Below the pieces are notes generated by a model, which ran no database searches, was not told the DNA's origin, and saw only the letters and a program-made list of their open reading frames with translations. From NCBI GenBank assembly GCA_963810935.1, contig CAWEPK010000010.1:288001-352000 (forward strand): 64,000 nucleotides of DNA, read 5' to 3'. Position numbers and translations under genes: made by a program. Positions within the stretch are counted from its first letter, which is position 1; each line of letters opens with the position of its first letter. Origin of the DNA: an uncultured delta proteobacterium. Its GTDB lineage: Bacteria > Desulfobacterota > Syntrophorhabdia > Syntrophorhabdales > WCHB1-27. Below, piece by piece: positions 62,119 to 64,000 of this stretch.

Positions 62119-63017
62119 AAAAAGGCCAGGACATAAAGGACAGGCTTGGCGAATGCCGGATAGATCTCGAGGACGCGAGGGGCCTTGCATCCGCAAGGGA
62201 ACAGATGCTCATCGACAATGTAAAGGAGCTTAACGAGGTCTACAGCGCCTTAAGCGACAAAATGCGAGAGGTCCGGGAAAGGGACGAGCGGATCAGGGCG
62301 CTCGACGAAGTGCTTACGCGGGCCAACCGCCTCTCCGCCCTGGGCGAGCTTGCGGCTTCCATTGCCCATGAGATAAAGAACCCGTTGATCGCCATCCAGG
62401 GCTTTGCCCGAAAGGTAGAGGATTCAGACAACCCCGATAACATAAAGAGATATGGCGGCTATATCGAGCACGAGTCGCAGAGGCTCTCAGCCGTGCTCGC
62501 ACGCCTCCTCGATTTTTCGCGCATGTCGACGCCTGTCAGGGAGAAACTGGACGTGAATGTCGTCCTGGACGACACGATCCTGTTCATGGAGCACCACCTG
62601 ACCCGCTTCAGGAACATCGCCCTGACCGTGGAAAAAACCGAAAGCCTGCCTGCCGTTTACGCGGACAAGATACATATACAGCAGGCGATGGTGAATATCA
62701 TGATGAACGCTGCCCAGGCCATGCCGGAGGGAGGGCCCATAGTCGTGCGCACCGGGATGAGGCCGCCTGATCACGTCTGGGTATCGGTGACCGATGCCGG
62801 CGCGGGGATTGCACCAGAGCACATAGAGAAGATCTTCGATCCCTTTTTTACGACAAAAGAGAAGGGGCAGGGAACGGGTCTGGGCCTATCCCTGACCAAG
62901 AAGCTGGTCGAGGCAAACAGCGGCGCCATCGAGGTGGAGAGCGTGCCCGGCCGGGGCAGCACCTTCCGTATACTGCTCGCAGTAAGCGCGTCCACGACCG
63001 AGCAACAGGCGCGATAG
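62115..63017 (+). CDS. Cytoplasmic histidine kinase
   Basis: Coiled coil, IAHEIKNPL, NAAQA, FFTTK..GTGLGL. Confidence 0.9.
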   Translation: MKKGQDIKDRLGECRIDLEDARGLASAREQMLIDNVKELNEVYSALSDKMREVRERDERIRALDEVLTRANRLSALGELAASIAHEIKNPLIAIQGFARKVEDSDNPDNIKRYGGYIEHESQRLSAVLARLLDFSRMSTPVREKLDVNVVLDDTILFMEHHLTRFRNIALTVEKTESLPAVYADKIHIQQAMVNIMMNAAQAMPEGGPIVVRTGMRPPDHVWVSVTDAGAGIAPEHIEKIFDPFFTTKEKGQGTGLGLSLTKKLVEANSGAIEVESVPGRGSTFRILLAVSASTTEQQAR

Positions 63018-63092
63018 GCGCTAAGACCTTCCATCCCCGCCTTGTTTATGGTATCCTGAATCTATATTTTCGGTTCAAGAAAGGTGTATTAG

Positions 63093-63617
63093 ATGAAGTT
63101 CAGCATTATCCGGTCCGAGCTTGGTGCTATTATCCTATTTGCCCGGAACGGCCGCCTTTCCGGCGTTGACCTCTTCGCCGGGGGCCTGAGCGAGGCCCGC
63201 GCCTGGGTAGCCGCTGCCTTGCCCGGCGCCAAAGAGGACGGCGCCCATTTCGAGCCTGTCGCCGACCTTTTGGCCGGCTATCTCGACGGCGCGCGCGTGG
63301 ACTTCAGGGTTCAGGTGGACCTCGAAGGGCTTCAGCCTTTCACAAGACGCGTGCTCGAAGAAACCAGAAAAATACCTTACGGCAAGGTGGCGAGCTACCG
63401 GTCGATTGCCGTGCGTCTCGGCGCGCCCCAGGCCGCAAGGGCCGTGGGCCAGGCGCTGGGGCGAAACCCTGTCCCCCTCGTCATACCGTGCCATCGCGTT
63501 ATCAGGAGCGACGGCTCTCTCGGCGGCTTCGGTATGGGCCTCGATGTAAAGACGAAGCTGCTTTCCATAGAAGGCGTGGACGCGCAAGATCTGCGGAAAT
63601 CGACTATCTTCTCCTGA
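63093..63617 (+). CDS. ogt: Methylated-DNA--protein-cysteine methyltransferase
   Basis: IPYG, RAVG.A...NP..LVIPCHRV. Confidence 0.93.
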   Translation: MKFSIIRSELGAIILFARNGRLSGVDLFAGGLSEARAWVAAALPGAKEDGAHFEPVADLLAGYLDGARVDFRVQVDLEGLQPFTRRVLEETRKIPYGKVASYRSIAVRLGAPQAARAVGQALGRNPVPLVIPCHRVIRSDGSLGGFGMGLDVKTKLLSIEGVDAQDLRKSTIFS

Positions 63618-63638
63618 TCCCGCCCGGGAAGGTTGACT

Positions 63639-64000
63639 ATGAGACAATGGTTCGTAGTGAACACCAAGCCGAAAAACGAGAACCGCGCGTCCCATAATCT
63701 ATCGAACGCCGGTTACGACGTGCTCAACCCCAGGCTCAAGGTGCGCAAATACCGGGACGGCAAGTTCGTAGAGCTCGTCGAGGCGATGTTCCCGAATTAT
63801 ATATTCACAAAATTTCACGCCATAGACGACTACCACATGGTTAAGTACGCAAGGGGCGTCAACAAGATCGTTACCTTCGGGGGGAAAATGGTCCCCCTCC
63901 AGGAAGAATTCATCGAGTTCATCCGGGGCAGGCTCGTGGACGGCGTAGCACACATCGAGAAGAAGCGGTTCAAAAAGGGGGAGAAGGTTTTTATCAAGGA
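63639..64000 (+). CDS. RfaH/UpxY-like NusG paralogue (partial)
   Basis: Manual translation MRQWFVVNTKPKNE...MFPNYIF...VKYARGV..IV.FG; runs off window. Confidence 0.85.
   Translation, partial: MRQWFVVNTKPKNENRASHNLSNAGYDVLNPRLKVRKYRDGKFVELVEAMFPNYIFTKFHAIDDYHMVKYARGVNKIVTFGGKMVPLQEEFIEFIRGRLVDGVAHIEKKRFKKGEKVFIK

Noticed and set aside
1..64000. CRISPR array, prophage, rRNA or autonomous transposase
   Set aside because: No regularly spaced repeats and no cas, phage, integrase, transposase or rRNA signatures were seen.

Overview
This 64-kb window comes from a GC-rich anaerobic, probably Gram-negative bacterium (Desulfobacterota-like gene content; host not provable from sequence alone). The centrepiece (about 17.8-32.3 kb) is a reductive-type dissimilatory sulfite reduction cluster with an unusual layout: dsrA-dsrB-[45-aa mini-ORF repeating the DsrB C-terminus]-dsrC-dsrM1K1-dsrE-like-dsrM2K2JOP, then a Tat-exported split-Soret-type cytochrome c, a YeiH-type transporter, a small 4-Cys protein and a Tat-exported MBL hydrolase. 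No dsrD, dsrL, dsrT, sat or apr is recognisable in the window. The cluster is preceded by a sigma-54 (-24/-12) promoter and a GTTAA-N7-TTAAC motif that recurs upstream of a nearby Cys-rich PAS sigma-54 activator. Other content: nifU/nifS (NifS lacks the PLP lysine), PAS hybrid kinases, a DUF134/NifX/FmdB module, marR-chrA, degP, ftsH, lepB, a TetR-linked Ybh-type ABC efflux operon, a hidden UGA-containing peroxiredoxin-like selenoprotein, tmRNA-smpB, ntrY-like kinase, pgeF, rluD, selA, a B12 radical SAM enzyme, suhB, ogt and an RfaH-like gene. About ten otherwise intact genes carry single-base frameshifts, which suggests long-read assembly errors rather than real decay.
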